Source: a virus
DNA length: 64,000 nt
Strand: one strand, 5' to 3'
Virus record (IMG/VR): IMGVR_UViG_3300035698_011578
Span: 31,477-95,476 of that record
Shown: positions 10,883 through 20,356 of the stretch, piece by piece
How positions within the stretch are numbered: the stretch's first letter is position 1
Layout of the letters: each line of letters begins with the position of its first letter
Program-made: the position numbers and the translations under genes
The notes under the pieces: generated by a model
What the model was told of the DNA's origin: nothing
What the model saw: only the letters and a program-made list of their open reading frames with translations
Databases searched by the model: none

Positions 10883-10892
10883 TATATAATAA

Positions 10893-11888
10893 ATGAAGAA
10901 ATATCATTATGTTTATAGATTAGAAAACATAGATAATAATAAATATTATATTGGTTGTCGAAGCTGTAGCTGTGATCCCAAGTCCGATAACTATTTTAGC
11001 TCATCTAAGTTAGTGAAGAAACTCATTAAGAACGGGAATATTTTCAATAAGACGATATTGAAAGTTTTCAATAATAGAGAAGATGCTATATTATATGAGA
11101 TGTTTTTACATGAAAAATATAATGTATCTTTAAATAAAAATTTTTATAATAAAGTTAAACAAACTAGTAAGTTCTTTGACACAAGTGGGTTATTATTTAT
11201 AGATGGTGAGGCAGTAACATTAGAAGATTATTATAAAAATGATTCTCTAAAATACCACACAACCGATAAAGTTTCGGTTAAAAATACTAATGGTGAGACA
11301 TTACAGATTGATAAAAATGATGATAGATATATTAATGGTGAGTTAAAACATGTATCATCTGGGAGCATGGCAGTGTATCAAGATGGTAGAATTCATTATA
11401 TAACTACCAAAGAATATTATAAAAATAAAAATAAATTCACACCTACTAACCTCAACAAGGTTGCAGTAAGGGATAAAGATAAAACATTTCTAATAGATAA
11501 AAACGATGAGAGATTTATTAATGGTGATTTGAAATCTGTACACCACGGGAAGGTTTTATGCAAGGACATAAACGGAAATATTCTATATGTTACAAAAAAA
11601 TATTTCTTAGAAAATAAATTAGTAGGGATAAACAAAGATAATATAAGTGGAAACAATAACCCAAATTCTAAAAAAATTGGAATATTTAATAATTTTGATG
11701 AGTTAATTTTTCTATGCGATGGTAACTTTGAAAAAATATGCAATGATAATGATTTACCATATAGTACACTAAAAAAATCCTATATAAAAAATGGTAAAAA
11801 AATTTATAATAGTAAAAGAGGAAAAACTGAAGCTATGAATAGAAATAACGAAAAATATATTAATTGGTATGCGAAAATACTAATTTAA
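10893..11888 (+). CDS. GIY-YIG homing-type endonuclease
   Basis: YVYRLENIDNNKYYIGCR; repeated IDKNDxRxINGxLK units; GNNNPNSK. Confidence 0.8.
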   Translation: MKKYHYVYRLENIDNNKYYIGCRSCSCDPKSDNYFSSSKLVKKLIKNGNIFNKTILKVFNNREDAILYEMFLHEKYNVSLNKNFYNKVKQTSKFFDTSGLLFIDGEAVTLEDYYKNDSLKYHTTDKVSVKNTNGETLQIDKNDDRYINGELKHVSSGSMAVYQDGRIHYITTKEYYKNKNKFTPTNLNKVAVRDKDKTFLIDKNDERFINGDLKSVHHGKVLCKDINGNILYVTKKYFLENKLVGINKDNISGNNNPNSKKIGIFNNFDELIFLCDGNFEKICNDNDLPYSTLKKSYIKNGKKIYNSKRGKTEAMNRNNEKYINWYAKILI

Positions 11889-12308
11889 TTCTTTTAAATA
11901 ATTTAAGTTTCTTTTAATTTTCTTCTTTCTTATAAGATTTTTAAATTCAATTAACATAGGTAAAGGGATATCAATATCTCTGTTCTTGAATTCTCCTAAT
12001 ATTTCTTCTTCTGTAAAACACCATTCGACAATTCCATCACTCCATTGGTCTAACCACAAACCCCATCCTTTTTTACCAATCAATACAGATTTTACAATGT
12101 TTGGGTGTCTGGTGATTATTTCACTATTCTTGTAACGACCATCTTCATATAATCTGAAACATTCTTTACAGTCTAAACCATTCACATCATATGTTACATC
12201 AGTTGAAGTTCCACAGAAATCAATTAACCCTCTTCTATTTAGAAGGAAGAAAAAATCGAACATTCTATTAAAATTCTCGGAATATTTTTTAACCTTTTTA
12301 TTTTTCAT
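11880..12308 (-). CDS. Hypothetical protein
   Basis: 142-aa ORF. Confidence 0.65.
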   Translation of the reverse strand: MKNKKVKKYSENFNRMFDFFFLLNRRGLIDFCGTSTDVTYDVNGLDCKECFRLYEDGRYKNSEIITRHPNIVKSVLIGKKGWGLWLDQWSDGIVEWCFTEEEILGEFKNRDIDIPLPMLIEFKNLIRKKKIKRNLNYLKELN

Positions 12309-12309
12309 A

Positions 12310-12513
12310 TTATTTACCTTTTACAGTTTTCATTGATTTTTCAACTTGCTTTCTTCTTGTTGCAATTCTTTGTAGTTCTTTCTCCACAAATTTTCTAATC
12401 TCCATATATTTACCAACTTTACAACCTTTCATTATTAAGATTGAAGTCATCGCGGCTAGTGACATTTGCTTAGAATAAAGCCCCTCTATTAATTTAACCC
12501 ATTTTTCTTCCAT
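12310..12513 (-). CDS. Hypothetical protein
   Basis: 67-aa ORF. Confidence 0.55.
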   Translation of the reverse strand: MEEKWVKLIEGLYSKQMSLAAMTSILIMKGCKVGKYMEIRKFVEKELQRIATRRKQVEKSMKTVKGK

Positions 12514-12580
12514 GATATTTAAGTTTTATAAAGATACGGAATATTATTTAATATTCAATAACTTTTGTTAATTTTTGCTT

Positions 12581-13633
12581 TCATAAAGATAAGGAATACA
12601 CCTCTTCTTTATCTAATATTAGTTTGAAGTTATACCCGTTCTCTTTGTATGACTTAATTTTATCCAACATATTCTGTTCATCATAAGTCCAAGAACTTTT
12701 TATTTCGACTAACTCATTTGTGTCTACTAAATAAAAGTCTGGTATAGAAGTTCTTTCGGTTTTTATATTTGTGTCGAAATATTGTATTCTTAAACTTTCA
12801 ACTTCATATTTTATTTTACCATCATCTAACAACTTAGCATATTCTAATTCATAAGAACTTCTTAACCAATATTTTTTACCTTCCCAACTAACATGATAGC
12901 AAGATTTATATGGATATATCGGTGTGTCAGAGAATGATTGTCTTCCTTTTTTAATAGCCAATCTACCACTCTCACTATTGTTTCTAGTTTTTATGTTTAG
13001 TCGTTTAAATAACATATATACTGTCTGGTAGTTAATATTATATTTTTCTCCTATTTCAACCATTGAATCAGTTTTATATTCATTTTTCAATTTCATAACT
13101 ATTCTATAATACTCATCATAAAAATATATAGTACCAACTTTTGTTAAATTAAAGCCAAATTTAATGAAGCTTTTTGATCCACCTTTATACCAAAATTTAC
13201 ACATATCTGGGTAAATACATTCTTCTTGACCACATATTTTGCAAATTTTCTTTTGACATTTACAACATTTACTATTATTTATACTAGCATTTAATTTTAT
13301 TTTCATATCAACTCCACACTTTTTACATTTAGATTGTTTAAAACAATCTCTATTCACAAAACTTTGAGAGTATTTTGATGAACAACTTTTACAACAACAT
13401 TTCCTATACTTATCTTTATTATACATATTCTCGCTAAGTCCTAATTCATATATTTTATTACAATATAAACATGTAATTTCATAAATTTTACAATTTAACT
13501 TTTTTGTTTCACTTCTTTTCTCTTTTATTTTTAGTTTTTTAGGATTCATATCACAATTTGTGAGATGTGCACCAAATTGTTGATGTTTTACATATTCAAT
13601 TTCACTATTACAATGTTTACATGTTTTTTTCAT
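12581..13633 (-). CDS. Cys-rich PD-(D/E)XK (TnsA-like) homing-type endonuclease
   Basis: Many CxxC; LRSSYE...YEVE...IPDFY...LVEIKS. Confidence 0.75.
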   Translation of the reverse strand: MKKTCKHCNSEIEYVKHQQFGAHLTNCDMNPKKLKIKEKRSETKKLNCKIYEITCLYCNKIYELGLSENMYNKDKYRKCCCKSCSSKYSQSFVNRDCFKQSKCKKCGVDMKIKLNASINNSKCCKCQKKICKICGQEECIYPDMCKFWYKGGSKSFIKFGFNLTKVGTIYFYDEYYRIVMKLKNEYKTDSMVEIGEKYNINYQTVYMLFKRLNIKTRNNSESGRLAIKKGRQSFSDTPIYPYKSCYHVSWEGKKYWLRSSYELEYAKLLDDGKIKYEVESLRIQYFDTNIKTERTSIPDFYLVDTNELVEIKSSWTYDEQNMLDKIKSYKENGYNFKLILDKEEVYSLSL

Positions 13634-13701
13634 ACTTTATATATTAAAATATCAAAGCGTTAAAATTGAAACGAACCAGTATTTTTCGTTTTAGTTTAGA
13701 G

Positions 13702-13772
13702 AGCAGGATACCTTAATCGAAAAGGCGACTCAATATTGGAAGTATCGTATGTTACCACTACACCAATCCTGC
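13702..13772 (-). tRNA. tRNA-Gly(TCC)
   Basis: Cloverleaf, stem CGATA/TATTG, loop CT-TCC-AA. Confidence 0.85.
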
Positions 13773-13780
13773 ATTTTTTG

Positions 13781-13852
13781 AGCAGTAAGGGAATTATGAT
13801 ATCCCGACCTCGACCTTGGCAAGGTCGCACTCTTCCTCTGAGCTATTACTGC
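13781..13852 (-). tRNA. tRNA-Gly(GCC)
   Basis: Stem CGACC/GGTCG, loop TT-GCC-AA; atypical T loop. Confidence 0.85.
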
Positions 13853-13866
13853 AATTTATTGTGTTA

Positions 13867-13915
13867 TGGCGCAGAGAGGAATCGAACCTCAACACACTCA
13901 CATTTCTTAGTAGAG
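13867..13915 (-). pseudogene. tRNA 3' remnant
   Basis: T-arm GAGG-TTCGATT-CCTC and 3' acceptor strand only; no 5' half found. Confidence 0.45.
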
Positions 13916-13938
13916 AAGTCAAAAAACGAACCCTCTAG

Positions 13939-14014
13939 TGGAAGCGATGGGAATCGAACCCACCAAACAATCTGGTTGCAAACCAAATTCGCCAGCCTTG
14001 GAACATGCGCCCCC
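13939..14014 (-). tRNA. tRNA-Ala(TGC)
   Basis: Loop TT-TGC-AA; G3:U70 pair in acceptor stem. Confidence 0.85.
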
Positions 14015-14024
14015 GTTTTATTAG

Positions 14025-14101
14025 TTGGTGAAGAGGGACTCGAACCCTCATGTGACCAATTACCATTTCAACACGATATAAGCGTGAGTGGATATTCACC
14101 A
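14025..14101 (-). tRNA. Atypical D-armless tRNA-Ile(TAT)-like RNA
   Basis: Acceptor TGGTGAA/TTCACCA, 8-nt linker, CACG-CTTATAT-CGTG, 22-nt extra region, canonical T arm. Confidence 0.65.
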
Positions 14102-14103
14102 AT

Positions 14104-14141
14104 AAAAAAAAGCAGTCACTTTTTGAAAGTGACTGCTTTTT
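14104..14141 (-). terminator. Attenuator terminator of Ile/Ala/Gly tRNA operon
   Basis: GCAGTCACTTT-caa-AAAGTGACTGC followed by T8 on minus strand. Confidence 0.85.
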
Positions 14142-14164
14142 AATTTTTTAATATTTCTGAGATA

Positions 14165-14245
14165 TTAAATAACATAATTCAGCCACCCGAAGTTCCCTCC
14201 TGCTATACCGTTGCCGTTTGCCGCTATGTTATTAATTGTTCTCAT
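14165..14245 (-). CDS. Leader peptide MRTINNIAANGNGIAGGNFGWLNYVI
   Basis: Hand translation; ATA GCG GCA AAC GGC AAC GGT ATA GCA GGA GGG; GTGGCTG pairs with terminator 5' arm CAGTCAC. Confidence 0.85.
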   Translation of the reverse strand: MRTINNIAANGNGIAGGNFGWLNYVI

Positions 14246-14346
14246 TGTTATAATTTTTCTTTTTACTGTTGTTATATATTAAAGTTTTATTCTCTCTTTT
14301 GTTGTTTTTCGTATTATCTTATGCAAATATAAGGCAAAAGTTTTAA

Positions 14347-15327
14347 TTATCCAAATTTATTTACACTTTTCTTCATAATTTTAAAATAATCTGATATAGT
14401 TTTTTCATAACTTTCCCTCTCTTTGTAATTCTCAACAATATAATTGTAGTTGTCTTTCAATTCTAATACACCGTTAATAACATTATCTATCCTAATACTA
14501 GGAACATTTTTCAAGAAACACATCCTATTAAAATCATTAATCATCACACCATTACCATTAACCAATTCAGGTAATCCACCAGATGATGTGTATAGAATAG
14601 GTAACTTACATTTAACTGCTTGACAAGTTACTTTAGAACCAGCATCTCTAAAAAATGGTGAGATGAATGCATCACACATACTAATAAGATTACACATCTC
14701 TGTCCTATCATCTATATAACCATATTTGATTATATTTTCAGGTAGTTCTTCAATATCACACTCACCTATCAGATAAAATAAATCATTGTCAAATATTTTT
14801 GACATGGCTATAATAGTTGATAAACGTTTACCCTCTCTCTCCCAATTACTACAAGAACTAATCCATTTAAACACCTGATTAGATTCCTTTTTATCCGGAT
14901 TATAATCTTCAGAATTATTTAATATGACAATATCATTATCATATTCTACATCATAAAGTTCTTTAAGTGTGTTCTTTGAATAATTTGATATAAATATAAC
15001 AAAATCTGATTGATAACCGGCATCTATATGTAACTTATTTTTATAATCGAATTCTTTTCTCCAATAAATACCATCCATTCTTTTAACTTTGGGTATATTA
15101 TTCAATTCAGACCACTCTAATACTTCTTTAGAATAAAATGTGTTTGTTATAATAATATCTGCTAATTTGTAATCAGATACACGATTAAACCCATAATTAC
15201 CTGCATACCTACACAAGTCGTGCATTATATCATTTTCTTTAGGCCCGAAAGATTTGACACTATGAAGTGTATTACTTACTCTATTATTTGAGCAATCATA
15301 ATAATTTTTAAGCATTTCTCTTTTCAT
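14347..15327 (-). CDS. Glycosyltransferase (GT-B, family 4-like)
   Basis: DAFISPFFRDAGSKVTCQAV..LPILYTSSGGLPELV C-terminal GT4 pattern. Confidence 0.75.
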   Translation of the reverse strand: MKREMLKNYYDCSNNRVSNTLHSVKSFGPKENDIMHDLCRYAGNYGFNRVSDYKLADIIITNTFYSKEVLEWSELNNIPKVKRMDGIYWRKEFDYKNKLHIDAGYQSDFVIFISNYSKNTLKELYDVEYDNDIVILNNSEDYNPDKKESNQVFKWISSCSNWEREGKRLSTIIAMSKIFDNDLFYLIGECDIEELPENIIKYGYIDDRTEMCNLISMCDAFISPFFRDAGSKVTCQAVKCKLPILYTSSGGLPELVNGNGVMINDFNRMCFLKNVPSIRIDNVINGVLELKDNYNYIVENYKERESYEKTISDYFKIMKKSVNKFG

Positions 15328-16081
15328 TTACCCACCAATCTGTTTTAATTTTCAACATAGTATCATCATCTTCGAAGTGTAATATCCAACCTTCTTTATT
15401 CTCTACATCCTTCTTCAATTCCAATATATCAGTTAATGAGTATGAATATTCATTAACAATTGGAACCTCATCTATATCTTTAATATCTAAGTACTTACCA
15501 GTTTTATTACATCTCAATTTAAGAAGAACCATATCCTCATAATCATACTCAACATATAATTTCTCACCTATTAATTCGAATATTGGTTGTTTATTTTGTA
15601 ATAAGCAAGATTCTATAAATTTATAATATTTAGGATTTTCTAAATATTTATTACCAGAAACATTTGTTTTAGTATAGAATCCCTTTTTTGTCTGTGATGT
15701 AATACTACCATCAGGTAACATGATGAAAGTTAATAAGAAACCATCTAACTTTTCAGTTATATTTTTAATTGGTTTATCTATAAATTTATCCAGTACACAA
15801 TGTTTATATTGATCTAATTCCCAGAATTTGCTTAACATTAAATTTCTACGAAATAAAGAACCATCATCATTAAATGTGAAGGATAGCCCTTTTAGTTCAA
15901 GTGCATTAATATTTGGTTTATCTATAATAGGTAATTTGAAATTATTATAAGTGGCATGTCTATAACCGAATATAGATAAATCATAACTATTTATTATGAA
16001 ATTACTTTCATAGAAATACATCTTAGGATTAGATTCAATTATTTCTAAACATTCTGTATATTCTGGTAGGTAAAAACTCAT
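15308..16081 (-). CDS. RNA ligase, T4 Rnl1-like (short)
   Basis: KFWE, EKLDG (motif I), FEL (III), EGWIL (IV), KIKTDW (V). Confidence 0.8.
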   Translation of the reverse strand: MSFYLPEYTECLEIIESNPKMYFYESNFIINSYDLSIFGYRHATYNNFKLPIIDKPNINALELKGLSFTFNDDGSLFRRNLMLSKFWELDQYKHCVLDKFIDKPIKNITEKLDGFLLTFIMLPDGSITSQTKKGFYTKTNVSGNKYLENPKYYKFIESCLLQNKQPIFELIGEKLYVEYDYEDMVLLKLRCNKTGKYLDIKDIDEVPIVNEYSYSLTDILELKKDVENKEGWILHFEDDDTMLKIKTDWWVNEKRNA

Positions 16082-16117
16082 TTATATTTTATTGATAAAA
16101 ACTAAATTTGTTTACTA

Positions 16118-17581
16118 CTAAAAGTTGTAACCACCATAATTATCATCTGATATCTCGTCCTGACTATAGTATTCATTCGATCCTATACCTCTACTTAAAT
16201 CATATAACTCGGTTATACTTAAACCATAATTACCAAGATATTGATTTAATTCTTTTTCACCAATATAAGAATCATTTCTTCTGTGTGCCGTATTATATCT
16301 ACCGCCATCATAAATTGTTAAACCAATTTTTCCCTCTACTGATGTTGCTGGCATTTCAGCATTAATTATTACTAATTGTATATTGTCATTACCAATATAA
16401 TCCATCCAATATGATAGACTGTCTTTTATACACCAACTTGTATCACCTGCGAAATTAGATAGTGATTCATAAGAAAGAACTCTAACTACAATTAATTCAC
16501 CGTCATCAAATACTAATTTTAACTGAGAATCATTATTGATGGTTGATCTAAGATTTTCTACTCCGGTATCACTAAATACAAATGATATTAATGAATCTAT
16601 TAAGTCCTGTTGTGTTTTATATCTAGATACTTTTTTTAACCAAAACTTACTATAAAGTGCTAATTTTTCTTCATCATCTACTAAGGTCTTAATAGCTTCG
16701 ATAAAATCTTCTTTTTTATTTAACCCTCTTTTAATAGAACCAGGGTATTCATCTGAGAATATTTTAGCCATCTGTGCTTCTTCAATTATTGTTAAATCAT
16801 CAGATAATTTCTCAAAATGTGTTGAATATGTCCTACCATCTTTAGCCGTGAATGATTGCTTTGTTCTGGACCTAGTCATATAATTAACTACACTGGTTTC
16901 TAATCTATCCAAGATATCATCATTACTTTGTATGCGTTTATATAAATTCTTTATTCTCTGAAAAGGGATTTCCTCTATTTTATTAAAAAATGTAAATACA
17001 CCTAAATATCCAGGATTATCTCTTAATAGATTTCTTAATCTAATATAAGTCTTATCAGTCTCATCCTCTTTTAAATGTCTTAAAATACGTCTAGCCTGAT
17101 CTCTATTTTCATAAACATATGATTTATAATCACTTATCGTGAAATTCTCATTTATGAATTTTCTTACTCTTCCAAGCAATAGAAATTTATTATCCTCTAA
17201 TAAAATATCACATTCCTTATCCAGTTGTTCTCTAGTCATTGAGTAATATGAACTAGGCATATCATATTTAAAGTTTAATTGCTCCTTAATATCATTTAAC
17301 ATATGATTATAAGTACGTTCTCTTTTTGGGTTACCATTTATTAGATTTCTAACAAAATTACCAAACCTATTATCACCCAATTCTAGGAATGCTTCATACA
17401 CTAATTTTAAAAGATTATTAGATGAATATACTTCACTATTATCTAGGATAAAGTCATTTAATTCAAATACTACCTCATCTGTTATATTCAATTTTCTATA
17501 TCTTTTTTCTAATAAAGAAGCCAATGGTTTATTATTAGAGTAACATTCATCTATTTTCAATTTTAATAATTCTTCGTACAT
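16118..17581 (-). CDS. Hypothetical protein with GDTSWCI motif
   Basis: Probable start ATG 17581 downstream of TTTTAATATATA; related to 53188..53853. Confidence 0.7.
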   Translation of the reverse strand: MYEELLKLKIDECYSNNKPLASLLEKRYRKLNITDEVVFELNDFILDNSEVYSSNNLLKLVYEAFLELGDNRFGNFVRNLINGNPKRERTYNHMLNDIKEQLNFKYDMPSSYYSMTREQLDKECDILLEDNKFLLLGRVRKFINENFTISDYKSYVYENRDQARRILRHLKEDETDKTYIRLRNLLRDNPGYLGVFTFFNKIEEIPFQRIKNLYKRIQSNDDILDRLETSVVNYMTRSRTKQSFTAKDGRTYSTHFEKLSDDLTIIEEAQMAKIFSDEYPGSIKRGLNKKEDFIEAIKTLVDDEEKLALYSKFWLKKVSRYKTQQDLIDSLISFVFSDTGVENLRSTINNDSQLKLVFDDGELIVVRVLSYESLSNFAGDTSWCIKDSLSYWMDYIGNDNIQLVIINAEMPATSVEGKIGLTIYDGGRYNTAHRRNDSYIGEKELNQYLGNYGLSITELYDLSRGIGSNEYYSQDEISDDNYGGYNF

Positions 17582-17630
17582 AAAACAAAATTTATATTTA
17601 ATACTATATATTAAAAAACAATTCCAAAAA

Positions 17631-18029
17631 ATGGATACGCTAATAAATGAACTGATTATTGATAAATATTTTGGCATCTATAATAGAAATGGATTTGAAT
17701 ATATTGTAAATAAAAACGAGAATAAAGATTTCAAGATTTATCTATTAGACTTTAATAGTGTTAAGAAAATGAATATTGAACTTGGTTATCTCTCCGTGAA
17801 TAATATATTCAAGAATGCGTTATCTGAGTTAAAGAATGATTATACAATAGGTCGTGCTTTCTCCGGTGATGAGATATTTTTCCTAACTGAAAGATTAGAT
17901 GATGATATAAATAAAATTGAAACCATTTGTAATAAAAATGGATTATATTTTGAATACATTGAATTTATTAATGATGGCGAAGATGAGTTGGAGGTTCTTT
18001 TAGAAAAAATGATAGACGATTTTAAATGA
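17631..18029 (+). CDS. Stand-alone degenerate GGDEF-like domain
   Basis: YNRNGF...LLDFNSVKKMNIELGY...GRAFSGDEIFF. Confidence 0.7.
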   Translation: MDTLINELIIDKYFGIYNRNGFEYIVNKNENKDFKIYLLDFNSVKKMNIELGYLSVNNIFKNALSELKNDYTIGRAFSGDEIFFLTERLDDDINKIETICNKNGLYFEYIEFINDGEDELEVLLEKMIDDFK

Positions 18030-18655
18030 TAGACAAATTAGAAAATATTGGATTTTATACTCTATATAATGATAGAGCTAAAAATGTATCAGAATCATCA
18101 CAGATGAAAAGATGCGAAATGATAATTACTGAATACTGTAATTTTAATTGCCCGTATTGTCGTGGATTATCGGAAGAGGTTTACGGTGATCGCAAATTCA
18201 AACAATTATCATTAGATGAGATTAAGAAAAATATAGATTATTGGTGTGAGAATACCCCACTTGAGAATATAAGATTTTCTGGCGGTGAACCAACAATGCA
18301 TAAAGATTTGAAAGAAATAGTAGAATATGCAAAAGAAAGTGGTATAGAAAGAATAGCCGTATCAACAAATGGTTCTAAAGATTATGAGTTATATGATGAA
18401 CTAATTGAAGCAGGTGTTAATGATTTTTCAATATCATTAGATGCTTGTTGTGCCGAAGATGGTGATAAACTAGCTGGTGATAAAAAGGGCTCGTGGGAAA
18501 TAGTAGTTGAAAATATTAGAAAATTATCAAGTAGAACTTATGTTACTGTTGGTGTAGTATTATCACCTGAAAATGTAGATAAAACTTTAGAAACTATTAG
18601 ATTTGCACACGACTTAGGTGTTTCTGATATAAGAATAATATCAGTGGCACAGTAA
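18026..18655 (+). CDS. Radical SAM protein, N-terminal part of split gene
   Basis: CNFNCPYC, FSGGEPT, STNGS, SISLD. Confidence 0.85.
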   Translation: MIDKLENIGFYTLYNDRAKNVSESSQMKRCEMIITEYCNFNCPYCRGLSEEVYGDRKFKQLSLDEIKKNIDYWCENTPLENIRFSGGEPTMHKDLKEIVEYAKESGIERIAVSTNGSKDYELYDELIEAGVNDFSISLDACCAEDGDKLAGDKKGSWEIVVENIRKLSSRTYVTVGVVLSPENVDKTLETIRFAHDLGVSDIRIISVAQ

Positions 18656-18687
18656 CTTTTTTAATATATAAAATAAAAAGTTTTAAA

Positions 18688-19542
18688 ATGTTAGAGAGTA
18701 AATTAGGTATTTATGCTATAATCAATATTATAAATGGTAAAAAATATATCGGTGGTACATCAAATTTAAGAATTAGAAAAAGCGCACATTTCAGAGAATT
18801 ATCAAAAGGTATACATCATTGTAATCATTTACAAAAATCATATAATAAATATGGTGTTGATAATTTCAAATGGGTAATAATTGAATATCTTGAAGAATAT
18901 GAGAATAGAGAGGTTTTGAAAAAAAATCTTTTAGAAAAAGAACAACATTGGATCGATAAGCATATCAATGATAAAGAGCTATTATATAATACTTGTTTGG
19001 TGGCTGGTAGTTGTTTAGGTATTAAATTAAGTAATGTTCATAAAAGAAAAATTAGTGAAGCCATGATGGGTGAAAATAACCCATGTTATGGTAAGAAATA
19101 TACTGATGAGGAGAAGGAAATATTAAGACAATATTCTTTAAATATGTCTGATGAAGCTAGACAAAAAATAAGCGAATCTAGTAAAGGAAATAAATATAGA
19201 CTTGGTTCAAAACACTCAGAAGAAACTAAAAAAAAGATAAGTGAGTCAAATAAAGGCAAACATGGTGGTAAGAGATCAGAAGAAACTAAGAAAAAAATTA
19301 GCGAAGCCAGTAAAGGTAGAATTTTTTCAGAAGAAACTCTTAAAAAGAAAAGCGATTCAATGAAAGGTAAAAACACAGATCCAGATAAAGTTAGAGCAAA
19401 TAAAACATTTAAGAAACTGAAAAAAATATTTAAAACTGAAAAATGTATTACACAAAAAGATTTAACCAAAGCTTCTGGTATGTCACTATCAACAATTAAA
19501 AAATACTGGAAGCATATTAAAAACAATGAAATTAATTATTAA
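18688..19542 (+). CDS. GIY-YIG homing endonuclease with NUMOD3 repeats
   Basis: GIYAIIN..KKYIGG; HSEETKKKISES repeats. Confidence 0.9.
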   Translation: MLESKLGIYAIINIINGKKYIGGTSNLRIRKSAHFRELSKGIHHCNHLQKSYNKYGVDNFKWVIIEYLEEYENREVLKKNLLEKEQHWIDKHINDKELLYNTCLVAGSCLGIKLSNVHKRKISEAMMGENNPCYGKKYTDEEKEILRQYSLNMSDEARQKISESSKGNKYRLGSKHSEETKKKISESNKGKHGGKRSEETKKKISEASKGRIFSEETLKKKSDSMKGKNTDPDKVRANKTFKKLKKIFKTEKCITQKDLTKASGMSLSTIKKYWKHIKNNEINY

Positions 19543-19545
19543 ATT

Positions 19546-19935
19546 ATGGAAAAAGAACAAATTGAAGAAATAATGAGGGTGAAAATATCTCAAATTGAAC
19601 AAGAAATATTAGATGCACACCCAATATTGGCTTATCGGGTTAAAAATATATTAGAAGGTAAATCAGTTAGAGGTATACAAGATGATGATTCTGAAAAATG
19701 TACTTTAGTTTTAGATGATAGTGTAATCGCAGGTGATTATCATTACCCATGTGTTATTTATATGAGAGAAGGTGGAGAACCAATTGGTAAGGTTAGTGGT
19801 GATATGAGAGAAGAAAGAGCTGAGTGGTTTAACAATCATAACACACATATAGATAAAATCTGTAGTAAAAACTGCTTAGATATCTGCATAGATTATAACA
19901 ACAAATGCGAATCATATAAAAATGAGACTATTTAA
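19546..19935 (+). CDS. Radical SAM C-terminal Cys-rich (SPASM/twitch-like) part of split gene
   Basis: C-x-...HYPC...PIGKV...CSKNCLDIC. Confidence 0.7.
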   Translation: MEKEQIEEIMRVKISQIEQEILDAHPILAYRVKNILEGKSVRGIQDDDSEKCTLVLDDSVIAGDYHYPCVIYMREGGEPIGKVSGDMREERAEWFNNHNTHIDKICSKNCLDICIDYNNKCESYKNETI

Positions 19936-20356
19936 AAAGGAGTGTGAGAGAAAATTTCTTGTAAAAGAATTACCAAGTGATTTCAATGATTATGATAAAG
20001 AAGATGTCCATCAATACTATCCGATTGTAAGTAAATATTTCTGCGTTAGAGTAAGGAAGTATAGCGAGACCAGAAAGTATTTGGATATCAAATTTGGATC
20101 AGGTAAAATAAAATTTAAGATTGGGTTAAGAATTAATTTTTTTCAGACAAATAAAAAGTGCCTAGTTAAAACCAGACACAAAAAGAGATTTAATAATCTA
20201 TTAATAGTAATTGATATTTTCGAAAGTGAGTTAAGATTAGTTGAGATAGAATCCTCTGATTGTTCAATAATAGATAATTATAAACTACCAGAATGGTTTG
20301 GAGAAGAAGTAACTAATGATAAAAAATATAGAAACCGATATTTAATCAAAAAGTAG
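19922..20356 (+). CDS. CYTH-domain protein
   Basis: ECERKFLV, RVRK, KTR, LVEIE, PEWFGEEVTNDKKYRN. Confidence 0.8.
   Translation: MRLFKKECERKFLVKELPSDFNDYDKEDVHQYYPIVSKYFCVRVRKYSETRKYLDIKFGSGKIKFKIGLRINFFQTNKKCLVKTRHKKRFNNLLIVIDIFESELRLVEIESSDCSIIDNYKLPEWFGEEVTNDKKYRNRYLIKK

Noticed and set aside
13736-14143. 135-aa plus-strand ORF, and similar ORFs at 21317, 21604, 36712, 44380 and 44670
   Set aside because: Shadow ORFs overlapping tRNA genes
18656-19545. Group I intron around the GIY-YIG gene
   Set aside because: Only 32 and 3 nt of flank, with no visible core elements
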